Assembly (NCBI RefSeq): GCF_000143415.4
Contig: NW_003314292.1
Span: 1,750,100 to 1,814,099 of the forward strand
DNA: 64,000 nt
Origin: Selaginella moellendorffii
Taxonomy: Eukaryota > Plantae > Lycopodiophyta
Direction of reading: 5' to 3'
Below, piece after piece: positions 13,666 to 25,251 of this stretch. A program made the position numbers and the translations under genes. How positions within the stretch are numbered: position 1 is the stretch's first letter; each line of letters begins with the position of its first letter. The notes beneath the pieces were generated by a model. It worked only from the letters and a program-made list of their open reading frames with translations, was not told the DNA's origin and did not search any database.

Positions 13666-14841
13666 ATGGTCAATGCACTGGAGCTGGCGAGCGCTGTTGG
13701 CGATGGTCCCTTTTGCTGTGAGGGATCGATGCCACCGGAAGCCTCGATCACGATTTGCTACAGGCACCACTTTCAAGATGGATCGGGAGGGGATTTATGG
13801 CGGAGTATCGCGCTGCCGCCAGGCGATGGCATCCAGGATCTAGCAGCGGCATGTAGTGCGGCGAGTTTTGGAATCGGGGGTGAGAGGGTCATGGATCCGA
13901 GCTACAGAAAGGCGCTCAAGCTGGAGCCTGGCGATTTTACGACCAGCTTCGATCTCTCCGGGTATGGAATTCTAGACGAGATCAAAACGCTGCTCTTTCC
14001 GACCAAGCAGTCACTGATTGCCAAGCTCTACAAGCTTAACGTCTATGCACAGGGAGATTTCTTCAAGCCTCACGTAGACACTCCCCAAAGTGGAAACATG
14101 CTAGCTTCGCTCGTCGTCTCGTTGCCCTGCGCTCATTCTGGCGGAGATTTGGTGGTCCGGCATGGCAAGAAATCCCATAGCTTTAGCTTTGGAGGAGAGA
14201 ATGGCAATGGCCGGATAGGCTGGGCGGCTTTCTTCTCGGACTGTGAGCACGAGGTGATGGAGGTAACGTCGGGGCATCGATTGACACTCACTTACAACCT
14301 GTTTGTCGAGAACTCTACCACTCCAAAGACGGATTTTTCAGGCACGCAGCTCTACAAGCTCTTTGTCGAGGCAAAGGAGTCCGAACAGAAAATGACACTG
14401 GGATTTCCTTGCAAGCATCTCTACGCCCAAGGGAGTGGCCTCAAAGGTGACGATGCTTTTGTCTATCACACAGCACTGTCCGCTGGGTTAAATGCCTCGG
14501 TGTGCTCGGTGTGGTCGAGAGAAGATGGCTTTCGCGCCTCGAGGAGGAACCCCGACTTCGATCATCCAAAGTTCATTGGTGACGAAGACATGCTTGGAAG
14601 ATTTCTAGTGTCCGGGTATGCTTTCTACAGGGAGGAAGTTGAAATAGCTGAGATTGGCAAGTTGCTACACGAGGAAATGGAGGAAGATGTGGGCGATGTT
14701 GTGTGGTGCCGCGAGAATTTCGAGTGGAATGTCGGCGGCGCGTGCGCGAGCTATGGGAATGAACCAGGCACTGAGTCGTTTTACTGTGCTGCCGCGATTC
14801 TTGTCAGTGTAGACGACGGAGTCAGTCGCAAACGAAGATGA
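13666..14841 (+). CDS. 2-oxoglutarate/Fe(II)-dependent dioxygenase (P4H-like, microbial-type), copy 1
   Basis: Intronless 391-aa ORF. YKLNVY..GDFFKPHVDTP (HxD), SLVVSLP..HSGGDLVV, AFFSDCEHEV (distal His), SGHRLTLTYNL (2OG-binding Arg). Confidence 0.9.
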   Translation: MVNALELASAVGDGPFCCEGSMPPEASITICYRHHFQDGSGGDLWRSIALPPGDGIQDLAAACSAASFGIGGERVMDPSYRKALKLEPGDFTTSFDLSGYGILDEIKTLLFPTKQSLIAKLYKLNVYAQGDFFKPHVDTPQSGNMLASLVVSLPCAHSGGDLVVRHGKKSHSFSFGGENGNGRIGWAAFFSDCEHEVMEVTSGHRLTLTYNLFVENSTTPKTDFSGTQLYKLFVEAKESEQKMTLGFPCKHLYAQGSGLKGDDAFVYHTALSAGLNASVCSVWSREDGFRASRRNPDFDHPKFIGDEDMLGRFLVSGYAFYREEVEIAEIGKLLHEEMEEDVGDVVWCRENFEWNVGGACASYGNEPGTESFYCAAAILVSVDDGVSRKRR

Positions 14842-15090
14842 AGATGACGCAGACGAAAACGAAGATGATCCAAATACAAAAAATGATACAATGGAAGATG
14901 ATGCAAACGAAGACCCAAACTGACGATCATGCTTGATTAAAGTTCCAATTCTTTTTGTGATGCTCGACTTGATCTTAGCGCCAAAACTGCTTCAAATGTA
15001 ATCGACGGTCCAAATGGGCACTGGATCAACGGCCACGATCAAGCTTACATGAGAAGATTTGACATTAGGGTTTAGGGTTTCTTGGCGCCA

Positions 15091-16302
15091 ATGGGTGATC
15101 AGTGGATGCTCGCGGCCGCTGCGAGGAAGATCTCCAGTCCCTTTTGCTGCGGTGGATCGCTGGCGCCAGAATTTCCGGTTAGAATCTGTTACAGGCAGCA
15201 AGATTCGTGGCAGAGCATCGCATTGCCCGACGGGATCCAGGCCCTAGCGGCGGCGTGTAGCGAGGCGAGCTTTGGAATCGGTGGCGAGAGGGTCATGGAT
15301 CCGAGCTACAGGAAGGCGCTCAAGCTGGAGCCCGGCGATTTTACGACCAGCTTCGATCTCTCCGGGTATGGAATTCTAGACGAGATCAAAACGCTGCTCT
15401 TCCCGAGCAATCAAAGAGTGATTCCCAAGCTCTACAAGCTCAACGTCTACGCGCAGGGAGATTTCTTCAAGGCTCACGTAGACACTCCCCAGGCTGGAAA
15501 CATGCTAGCTTCGCTCGTCGTCTCGCTGCCTTGCGCTCACTCCGGCGGAGACTTGGTGGTCCGGCATGGCAAGAAATCGCAGAGCTTTAGCTTTGGAGGA
15601 GAGAACAGCGATGACCGGATAGGCTGGGCGGCTTTCTTCTCGGATTGCGAGCACGAGGTGCTCGAGGTAACCTCCGGGCATCGATTGACGCTCACTTACA
15701 ACCTCTTTGTGGAGGAATCCAGCACAGTGGCTGGAAAGACGGACTTTTCACGGTCGGAGCTCTACAAGCTCTTTGTGGAGGCGAAGGCATCCGGGAAGAA
15801 CATGACACTGGGATTTCCTTGCGAGCATCTCTACGCTCAGGGCAGTGAAGTGAGCATTCCAGAGGCTCTCAAGGGCAGCGACGCGTTTGTCTATCACGCG
15901 GCAGTGGCGGCTGGATTGGAAGCCCGGGTGTGCTCGGTGTGGTCGAGGGAAAAGTTTGGGGACAGTCGCTTCATTGGGCATGAGAGCATGCTTGGGAAGT
16001 TTGTTGTTTCGGACGACTGCTACGAATCACAGGACAAAGAATCGTTTGATCTCAGTGAGTTCCTCGACAGACGTTTGGTGGAAGAATGGAAGATCGTGTG
16101 GTGCCGTGGAAGCTTTGATTGGAATCTCGGTGGCGCGTGTGCGAGCTATGGGAATGAGCCCAGCACCGAGAGCTTCTACTGCGCTGCCGCCATCCTTGTC
16201 ACGATTCGCGGAGGAAGTCAGGAAGAAAGCGATGAAAGCGAAGAAAAAGAAAGCGATGAAGAAGAAGATGAAGATCGCGAAGATGAAAGCGAAGAAGAAT
16301 AA
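15091..16302 (+). CDS. 2OG/Fe(II) dioxygenase, tandem copy 2, with acidic C-terminal tail
   Basis: Core nearly identical to copy 1 (HVD..H..R conserved). ATG 15091 follows TAGGGTTTAGGGTTT. E/D-rich tail. Confidence 0.9.
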   Translation: MGDQWMLAAAARKISSPFCCGGSLAPEFPVRICYRQQDSWQSIALPDGIQALAAACSEASFGIGGERVMDPSYRKALKLEPGDFTTSFDLSGYGILDEIKTLLFPSNQRVIPKLYKLNVYAQGDFFKAHVDTPQAGNMLASLVVSLPCAHSGGDLVVRHGKKSQSFSFGGENSDDRIGWAAFFSDCEHEVLEVTSGHRLTLTYNLFVEESSTVAGKTDFSRSELYKLFVEAKASGKNMTLGFPCEHLYAQGSEVSIPEALKGSDAFVYHAAVAAGLEARVCSVWSREKFGDSRFIGHESMLGKFVVSDDCYESQDKESFDLSEFLDRRLVEEWKIVWCRGSFDWNLGGACASYGNEPSTESFYCAAAILVTIRGGSQEESDESEEKESDEEEDEDREDESEEE

Positions 16303-16388
16303 ATTTTGTTAAACGCGTTTAAATTTAACCAATCGCATTTACACTTACCATAAAACGCTTCGCTAAAACCCTATCCCTAGAATCCGAG

Positions 16389-18261
16389 ATGCTCGACATC
16401 AATCTTGTGCGGCAGGAGAAGGGCGGCGATCCGGAGCGCGTCCGCGAGTCTCAGCGCCGCCGCTACGCATCTGTGGAGCTGGTCGATGAGGTGATCCAGA
16501 TCGACAAGGAATGGCGCAAGCGTAAGTGATTTCTCGGCTCTCTTTTCTTGTTTTCAGCTTGTTTTCGGTGAATTTGTCTAGTCCAACACGAGGTGGAGGG
16601 CCTGCGAAGGGAGGGAAATCGTCTCAGCAAAGAGATTGGGCTCAAGTTTCGGGTAAAATCGTCTCTCCCTCTTTATTTTTTTCTTCTCCTTTGTAGTGAG
16701 TGGGGACTTAAAGTTGCTTGCGGTGTAGAACAAAGAAGATCCTTCGGAGCTCAAGCAGAAGAAGCTCGACCTGGACAACAGCCTCGTGTCGAAGGAGAAG
16801 GAGGTCGAGTCTGTCAAGTCTACTCTGGACGGGAAGCTCAAGCTCATTGGAAATCTCGTGCATGACTCCGTCCCCGTGGACAATGACGAGGTGATGTTCC
16901 CAGGGTTTTTGCTTCTTCTTTCCTTGTGCTCAAGTTTTGGCTTTTGCAGGAGAAAAATGCGGTCATTCGTACCTGGGGAGAATTGCGACAGGAGAAAAAT
17001 CTGAAGAACCATGTTGACTTGGTGGAATGCCTGGGTTTCGCTGACATTAAAAGAGGTTTGCATAGGACGTCTCGTTCTTCCCACTTATATCTTTTTCCAT
17101 CCGTGGTTTCAGGAACGGACGTTGCTGGTGGAAGGGGCTACTATCTGAAAGGGCATGGTGTCTTGCTAAACCAGGCTTTGATCAACTTTGGTCTCGCGTT
17201 TCTTACCAAGCGTGGATATAGCCCTCTCCAGCCTCCGTATTTCATGAAGAAGGATGTCATGAAGGAGTGTGCACAACTTGCACAGTTTGATGAGGAGCTT
17301 TACAAGGTAAAAAAGCTCAAAGCGCTGCTATTTTCTTTGACATATTGTCGTGACAGGTTGGAGAAGGGGAAGGGGATGACAAGCTCGCGGAAAAGGACGA
17401 GAAGTACTTGATCGCTACTTCGGAGCAGCCTCTTTGTGCGTACCATCGTGGAGACTGGATGGATCCGAAGTCCTTGCCTATCAGGTAGAGCTACCTGTTT
17501 AGCATAGCGCAGCATATAAGAACTTTGCGTGATGTAGGTACGCTGGGCTGTCTACCTGCTTCCGCAAAGAAGCTGGCTCGCACGGCAGAGACACCCTTGG
17601 AATTTTCCGGGTGCATCAGTTCGATAAGATTGAGCAGTTTTGTATCACAAGCCCTCTCGGTGACGAGTCCTGGAAGATGCACGAGGAGATGCTAAAGAAC
17701 TCGGAAGATTTCTATCAGGAGGTTGTACACTGTTTGCTTTGCTGGTTTTTATTCACTTATCCTTGTTCTTCTGTTTGCAGCTCGGGATTCCATACCAAGT
17801 AGTTGTCATCGTGTCTGGAGCGTTGAATGATGCCGCTGCCAAGAAGTACGACCTCGAAGCGTGGTTTCCAGCATCGAAGGCCTACCGAGAGCTCGTCTCT
17901 TGCTCAAACTGCACTGACTATCAAGCGAGAAATCTTGACATAAGATATGGCCAGACAACGGTGCGTAACATTCTTAGTTTCTTCTATGTTGCTTAGCTTT
18001 TTTTTCTCTCTCTCTTTCCAGGCCAACGAGCAACCAAAGCATTTTGTGCACCTGCTGAACTCCACACTGACCGCAACGCAGCGAACCTTGTGCTGCATTC
18101 TGGAGAACTACCAGACCGAGGATGGGCTCCGAGTTCCCAAAGCCTTGCAGCCATACATGGCTGGGTTGGAGTTCATCCCTTTCTCAGTCAAGGCTCCAGC
18201 TCCGGCTCCGGTCCCAAAGAAGAAGGCTGTGGGAGCGGCTACCGGTAAAACGCCTAACTAA
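16389..18261 (+). CDS. SerRS: Cytosolic seryl-tRNA synthetase (multi-exon)
   Basis: [79 protein letters not shown] and [12 protein letters not shown] across short GT-AG introns. Confidence 0.96.
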
Positions 18262-18594
18262 CCACTAGAGTACGTACGCAACTCGGACATTGATAATGGG
18301 CAAACTGTGCAAGGATTGAAGCTTGCAAGAGCCGTGGGTTTTTTCATGAAGTGGATACCGAGGTGAAGCTAGTCAAGCGGCAGATTGATCCTCGTATCAG
18401 CTTCACGACCCCAAAGAAGGTACTTGAGACTTTCTTCTCACCTTTTCTTCATGTGGTAACCCTTGTTGATTCTTCCAGATAAGCTACTGGAGCTCCAAAA
18501 CCATGCCGAGAATTCCTAGTGCCAATTGCTTGGCAGTGTTTTGAGTTGCCGAGATAGCAAAATTGTTTTTGTTATTCATGAATCATAGATACTA

Positions 18595-19881
18595 CTATTC
18601 TACGATCACTACGTTGTCTAGAAGTGGTTCTCGGATCGATTGATCCAGTAAAAGCTTGCGTTGCCTTTGGTGTCTTTGAGCCCATGCTAAAAGATAGAGC
18701 CCAGCAAACACAAGGAGGATTCCACCCATACTGCAAGACCAAACAAGTTCATTGTTTTAGAAATGTGGTTCTTGGAGTTTTGATCATCACCTGAGAGGAT
18801 CTAGTGCCTGTCCACCGAAGAAAACGTAGAAAAGTGTGACTAGAACAGTCTCCAGTGGCTGATAAGCAGCGACGAGCACGGGTCCTCCTTTATGAACTCC
18901 CCAAGATTGGACTCCGGATACAAATCCAGATCCAATCAATCCCTGAAAGAATGAAAGTTGATAAGTTTGAAAGATCATAGTGATCGTAGAGCTTACTGCA
19001 TATAAAACGCTGAGGATCACTCGAGGCTGGCTTGTCGTCCAGAAGCTCCAGATCTTCGAGGCCTGGCCAAAGCTGGCCGAGATGATTCCCAACTGGAGCG
19101 TGCTGAACAAACACGAGAATGCTCCAATCGAGAATGGAGCGGCGTATTTCTTGAGGAGGAGAGATTGGAGAACGAGGAAGAGCGCGAAGGAGAGGAAGGC
19201 CAGGAGGAGGCAGCCAATGCCAAGCTCCCATCCACTTGTTTGGAGCTCAAGATCACCTCTTCTTCGAAGAAATTGGTGGCGAAGTATTTCTCTGACTGTG
19301 GGATGGTGTGAAGAGAGCAGCACTGCTCCAACGAGTCCCAGGAGTGTTCCCAAGATTTTGGCCACTCCATCCAGTTTTTTCACGTCCAGTTCGTCGACCC
19401 TTCAATCATTTGCGGCAGACAAAATGAGAGAGAGAGAGAGAGAGAGAGATCTACCTTAAGATTGTTGCGAGCACGAATGTAAGAACTGGGATTAAATTCC
19501 GAAGTGCTGAAGCGATGACAGTGTTTGTGTACTGGAGTCCAATTAAATAACACATTTGATTGATCGTCACCCTGTGGAAAAATGAACACATTTGATTGAT
19601 CGTCACCCTCAAGATCTTCTTTTTTTTTTTAAAGAGAAAAAAGAGGGAAGGATAAACGTACCCAAGCAAAGCGAGAGAAGAACGAACTTAAAGTTTAGCG
19701 CTGGCCTTTTCTTCTTCTCCACAAAATAAGCAAGGGGAAGGAGAAGAATGGAAGCCAGGAAATTGCGATACAACGTAAAGACAAGATGGTCGACTCCATC
19801 GACGAGCGCTATCCTCGCCAGAATCTCAAAACCCGCGAAGCAAAACTGTGTCACAACCAGAGATGCGTGCACTGCCAACAT
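18595..19881 (-). CDS. WAT1-related / UMAMIT (nodulin MtN21, EamA) transporter (multi-exon)
   Basis: QFCFAGFEILARIAL, VFTLYRNFLA..PLAYFVEKKKRP, GLQYT..NLIPVLTF, AKILGT, KGGPVLVAAYQPLET, C-terminal EPLL. Confidence 0.9.
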
Positions 19882-20288
19882 TTTTTCTTCTTTGGAAGAC
19901 TCGATTGATCGGTCGACTCATGATTCTTTGTTTTTGTATGCGGAGGAGATTTGGTCCGAAATGGAGAACCAGGTAATTGTACTTGAAACTTCGCAAGACT
20001 CGCCGTTAGAGTCATGGTCAACTACTTGAAACTTCGCAAGATCCTACGTTAGTCAACTAAATATTAAAGTCGTCTTTAAAGTTGAAAGTTCCATGGCTCA
20101 ACTAGTTTGACCATTTCGATCTTTCCACAAATCTTTTTTTGTCTACACATCAATGAACATTGATGTATTATTCAAGCACAAAGACAAACAATACATCCTA
20201 TCAAACCTCATGGAGTTTCTCTTCTTTCCTTGCAGGAGCAAAGTTTATGGAGCAATCTTGTGTACCGGGACCTGGAGGCTGATCGAAA

Positions 20289-20790
20289 TCAGGGGCACTT
20301 GGGACCGCCCTTGGAGTTTTTGAGATTGTTGTAGCAGGGGCACGTTTCCTTGTTCCCGTAAGTTCCCGGAGGAACGCAGTTGCACTTGCCACAGCAAATG
20401 TTGCAGTATTTGATGCATCTGTCGTGCGCATCAGCTTTGGAGCACCTGTAATCGCAGGCAGAACCGCAGTCTGCAAAGATCGACCAAAAAAATCATTTAG
20501 ATTCTGTCCTGAAAGAAGAAAGAGTCCACTTACTGATATTCTGGAGTCTCCTCGCGGTGGTGAGAGCCTATCAAAACCATCAAGCACAACAAAATCAGCA
20601 CGGAGCAGAACGAGCACAGAAGATGACACTCACAGAGCTCGGATGGTTTTCACCAACATCGCCTCCCTACACGAAAGTCCATAAAGCATTTTGAGCCTGA
20701 AAATCGAGGGAAAGAAATTCGTACCTGGCAATGCTGCTGCATCATCAAGACCACTACCAGGAGGACCACCAGCGCGGATTTGTGGACCAT
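20289..20790 (-). CDS. GASA/Snakin cysteine-rich peptide, copy 1 (4 exons, not in the ORF track)
   Basis: Signal-peptide exon [22 protein letters not shown]. The last exon reads [60 protein letters not shown] (12 Cys). Confidence 0.9.
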
Positions 20791-21426
20791 CGCGTATCCA
20801 CTAGGGAGGAAGAAAGGAAACAAAAGTGCCCCCCGCGATCGAGCCCCCTCAAAATATATACACAGCCGAGTTTTGAAGCAGTGAACCTGAGGAAAACGAT
20901 ACAGCTGTGAAGAAGCGGTGAAAAAAGTTTGGATGTTTGTACGTGTTGTGGAAGCACCGGGTTGGCCGCTGCTACCTACAAAAGCGAAGGAAAGGTGAAA
21001 ATCACACAGCGATATATCTCCTCGGGCGTACAGTACTCACCACCTTTGTGCTGCCGAGTGAAAATCCTGTGCCCGATCGGGCCGAGTGCTAGAACAATGA
21101 TTCTTCGCGTTCTGTAGCTGGCTGGCAGTGTGCTGGATGTCATTAGCTGATTGATTGAGTTGACAGGGGGATCCCGGTTGAAGCTGCCTTTGCTTCTTTT
21201 GTACCAAACTCTTCACGTTCCGTCAAAGTGGCTCCTGCTTTTGAGGTAATGCTCTTGTCACTTTGTCCGGCTCACAGTGGTTGCGTGAGTCAGATAAGAT
21301 CCAAGCTCTGGCTGGCTCCAGGCCAGGTCTGGAACTTTCTCTGATCCCCTCGGTGATTCTCGGGTCAGGACTGCTTTAAAAGCCTGCTGCACACACAAGT
21401 CGCCCTGAAGAAAGAAAAGAAAGAAG

Positions 21427-21831
21427 ATGAGTTCCTACAAGATAGCAATCCTTCTGATGGTGCTGCTGATAGTACCTGACAGCCGAGAAGAAACTCTTGA
21501 GGTATGTTGCTTCCTCTTGTTTCATATCAGCTTACAGTCCAGGACACGCCACAGTCTGGAAGACACCTCCTACAAAGCATCAGTAAGAAAATGATTGATT
21601 TGTACGTAAAAATATGAACCTGATCGGTTGTTTTGCTCTGCGTCTCCAGACTGTCCTTCGGCTTGTGACTACCGTTGCTCCAAAGCCTCTTTGCACAACC
21701 GCTGCATAAAGTTCTGCAACATCTGCTGCCGGAAGTGCAATTGCGTTCCGCCAGGCACAGCTGGTAACAAGGAGAAATGCCCCTGCTACAACAACATAAA
21801 GAACTCAAAAGGGGGACCAAAATGCCCGTGA
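21427..21831 (+). CDS. GASA/Snakin cysteine-rich peptide, copy 2 (3 exons)
   Basis: [16 protein letters not shown] signal peptide and the 12-Cys GASA domain [52 protein letters not shown]. Confidence 0.93.
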
Positions 21832-21983
21832 GTTTGGAGGAAACAAAGATCTCGTCAAGTTTCCAAAACTTCTATCACTGCTTCAAGTGCCGGGAGTCCA
21901 TTGAAGGGAAGGAAAACGGACGAGGCTCATACCTTGCATAACTGGCCTCTTACTACAAAAAGAAAAATCCGCCGCCTTGTACT

Positions 21984-24900
21984 TCATTTTAGAACGTAAT
22001 CAAGGTCCGCTCCAATCTCTGCTATTCTAGAGACTTTCGACTTCTTAGCGGTGTCAGCAACACTCTGGATGTCCAGGTCCTTGGCCACGGACTTCACAAG
22101 ACCACTGTGCACAAGGGATCCTATTGTTTGAAGCGCGAGGAAGTTAATATCGTCATCTTCTTGCGGCCCAGTCATCTGTGTCGTTTCTGTCAGGATTCCA
22201 GAGACTTAAAACAAAAGCAACTACCTCCATTGCGGCAGAAAGAACCTGAAGCTGAGCGTTTTCGTCGTTTGCACCAATTACTCGAACGGCATAGCTGCAG
22301 CCAGCGCCAGTTAGTATTGACGAAATCAAAATTTACCAAAAGCATACTTCAACAGTAGATGCGCGTATCCACTGCGGATGTTCTTGACAGGTGACGTACT
22401 AAACTGCGAGAATATGTCAATAATCTGTTGATTGCAACACAAAAATTACACACGTCAGTAGCAGAACGTCAAAACAGATAAAAGAAACTCACTTCACTTC
22501 TGGAATCGAGGAGCCAATTCTGGAAGCACTCGTGTCGAAAGCAATTTACCATAGCCCGAGCACTGAGAAAGACGTTTGCATTTGGAGCCGGAGACTGAAT
22601 GGCAGACTTCACCAGATTTAAAAGAACATCTGGCGAATCAATACATATGTTAAACTAGTCCACGAGCTTTTGACCACACCTTTTTGCCGAGAGAAATAAT
22701 TTGCAGCTTGCGGGTCAAGGACAAGTATCCTTAGAAAGTCCAGCACTGCACAAATTTGAGTTCGCGATAAAGAAAAAAAAAAAAAAAAAAAAAAAACCGT
22801 GTTACCTGGGAAAAGATTTGCAACTGGCCACGTAAATAGCTTCTTGGTCAAAATCTCGAAGTCTGCATCGGCAAATACGGACTGATGCGAGGTGCTTTTT
22901 AAAGCTTGTAACATTCCCTGTATTCTTTCCATTTCTTCTGACGACAGAGCCACAGAACCAGTGTTGAATTCCGTAAGTTTTTTAAAAATTCCATCGGTTT
23001 GCGTTCTCGTATCAAAAAGTGTTATTCCCGTCTGCATTGCGAATAAGGTCAGTCATTTCCTTATATCCTTTCTGTTATCTATTACCTTTGGAATGTGCTT
23101 CAGATTGTAAGTTGATGCCGTCTTAGAAGCTGCAAAAGAAACCGTAAAAACCAATAGCGAGAGTATAACAATACCCTCCACATACCAGGGCGTGATGTTT
23201 GCCGTGGCACATAAGCATTTCCTGATTAAAATGCTTCGAATCAACAAGCAATTGAATATAGCGATTATTTACCTCCAGTGTAAGGATCGTAAAAGCAGTC
23301 ATCTAATTGCATGAAACTGTTTGCTTGCTGTCCTGTGTTTCTCAAGATAAAATCAACGATTTGTTGTCGGTATCCCATGGGAAGGTTTTCATTCAAAAGC
23401 CATCTATCTGCCGTATCATATGGATTGTCTGCACAAACCTTTTTTTTTAAAATGCAACAAAAGAAGTATTTAAATTACCTCCTCTATTGTATGGTAGCTT
23501 GCGAGTCGGCTCCCCGTCCTCAATATTAACATCAAAAACTTTAAAAACCAGTCAAAGTTACGCTCCAAAAGCAAACAAAATTTGCAAATTTACCGTAGTC
23601 ATACGTAATGCCGTTTAGTGTCTTTGCACCGAGTGCATCTTCTGGACCTTCAACAACTTCTCCCACCTGCGAAGAGTATTCAGGAAGCACAAGAAAAGCC
23701 CGTGCCTAATACCTTGTCCCAGTTATATTCTTTCATGTTCCACGAATACGCAACAGCGGTATCCCCTTCACGGACGATTTTGCTTTGGCCGTCGGAACGT
23801 CCTGTTTCAAAGATCATGGTTATTAACGCTCTAGGAATAGACGTGGTGCCAGAACCTGGGGTTTGAAGTGCTTCCAGGCCCGGCAATTCCGAAACTTTGA
23901 CACCTCCGACCGTCTTCCTGCAAAGATACAACAATATGTAAGGAAACCTCAAAGAATAGCGCAAACGCTGACTTTTGCAATTTTCGAGCAGAAACTGAGG
24001 CTTCAAAGGCTGCAACTTCTTCTGATGATGCATAACGACTGGAATCTACCGTCCATACTCTCGCAACCCCGTCAGAACAAGCAGTCACGAGATCACCATT
24101 GGGTAAGAATTGCAAATCCCAAACACATCCAGGATGTTCCAGGCTCTGAATGCAAACGCCACCTAAAGGATGCATCATGTCAACAATGCACATAATTCAA
24201 AGCACAAAATCAAAATCACCTCTCCAAATTTTGCAATATCCATCATCACTGCCAGAGGCCACATCGCCTGATAAATGACCCGCGACGCTATACACAATAG
24301 CCGTGTGACCAACCATTTCGAGAAGCTGTTCTCCAGCGTATGACCAAAGCTTGACAGTGCTGTAAGAAAGGAGTAAGCTCAAAACAGCACTTCCTAAAAC
24401 ATCAATGGAGTTTACCAATCGTGAGAGGCTGAAAGAAATCCCAGGTTCGGCATTAGTGCCAGCCCTCTGACGGTATCTGTAGTAAGAACACTTGAGAAGG
24501 TGCAGCAAAATGCAGTTAACACTACAAACCAGTATGAGCATCCAGAGACTTCGTGAACATAGAGCCTTTCCAATACTTGATAGTTGTATCGGTCGATCCT
24601 GCTCAAGTCATGAGAAGAATTAAATTCTGGTGAAGTTTGGTACCTGTCACAAGGACGTCGTCTGGAAGAATGACAGCAGCCTGGACTGGTGCTCTATGAC
24701 CTTTGAGAACTTCTGAGGCACCCCCTTTCTTCCATCTTCTCACAGTGCTGCAAAAAAGAAAACAAAAATGAGAATAGAGGATCACAATGCAGGACAAATT
24801 CTAAGCAAAAACCTGTCCACAGAAGTAGAAAAAATCTCTCCCCCATTGCCAATCACCACACTGGTCACCTGTAAGTCGTGGCCTCGCAACACAGAGACTG

Positions 24901-25251
24901 GCTCCGTGGAATCCATTTTCCAGACGATCACGTTCGTGTCCATCCCACCGGAGACGAGTCCGCCGGCCGGCATCTCGTCCGAGGGTGGAATCCACGCAAC
25001 GCAGCCGACGAAGCTGGAATGGCCTCTCAGAGTCGTCGCCAGATCGAAGCGCTGATCCTTCTCGTTCCACACGCGCACTGTGCCGTCCCTCGACGCCGTA
25101 GCGATCGTCGATTCACCGACGATGCACAAGCCGCGCACCTGGAAACGAGAGATTCTTGCTCCCTGAGAAGAAATTTCGAGAGAAATCTTACATCGTCCTC
25201 GTGTCCGATCAGCTGGCAGCGCAGCTTGTATTCGCGCTTGTCTTCCGCCAT
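21984..25251 (-). CDS. PLAA: Phospholipase A2-activating protein / Doa1-Ufd3 (WD40-PFU-PUL; Cdc48 cofactor), multi-exon
   Basis: YKLRCQLIGHEDDVR, WD40 repeats (GHSSFVGCVAW, GHTAIVYSV, EHPGCVWD), PFU region (LPGLEALQ, AYSWN, NPYDTADRWLLNENLPMGYRQQIVDFILRNTG) and PUL region (TWPVANLFP, LDFLRIL). Confidence 0.93.

Noticed and set aside
13600-13776. N-terminal 59-aa extension of the 450-aa F-box ORF
   Set aside because: It overlaps the oxygenase antisense and the promoter. The F-box motif begins just after ATG 13599.
20201-20684. 142-aa and 86-aa ORFs
   Set aside because: Alternate-frame and antisense readings of the spliced GASA gene.
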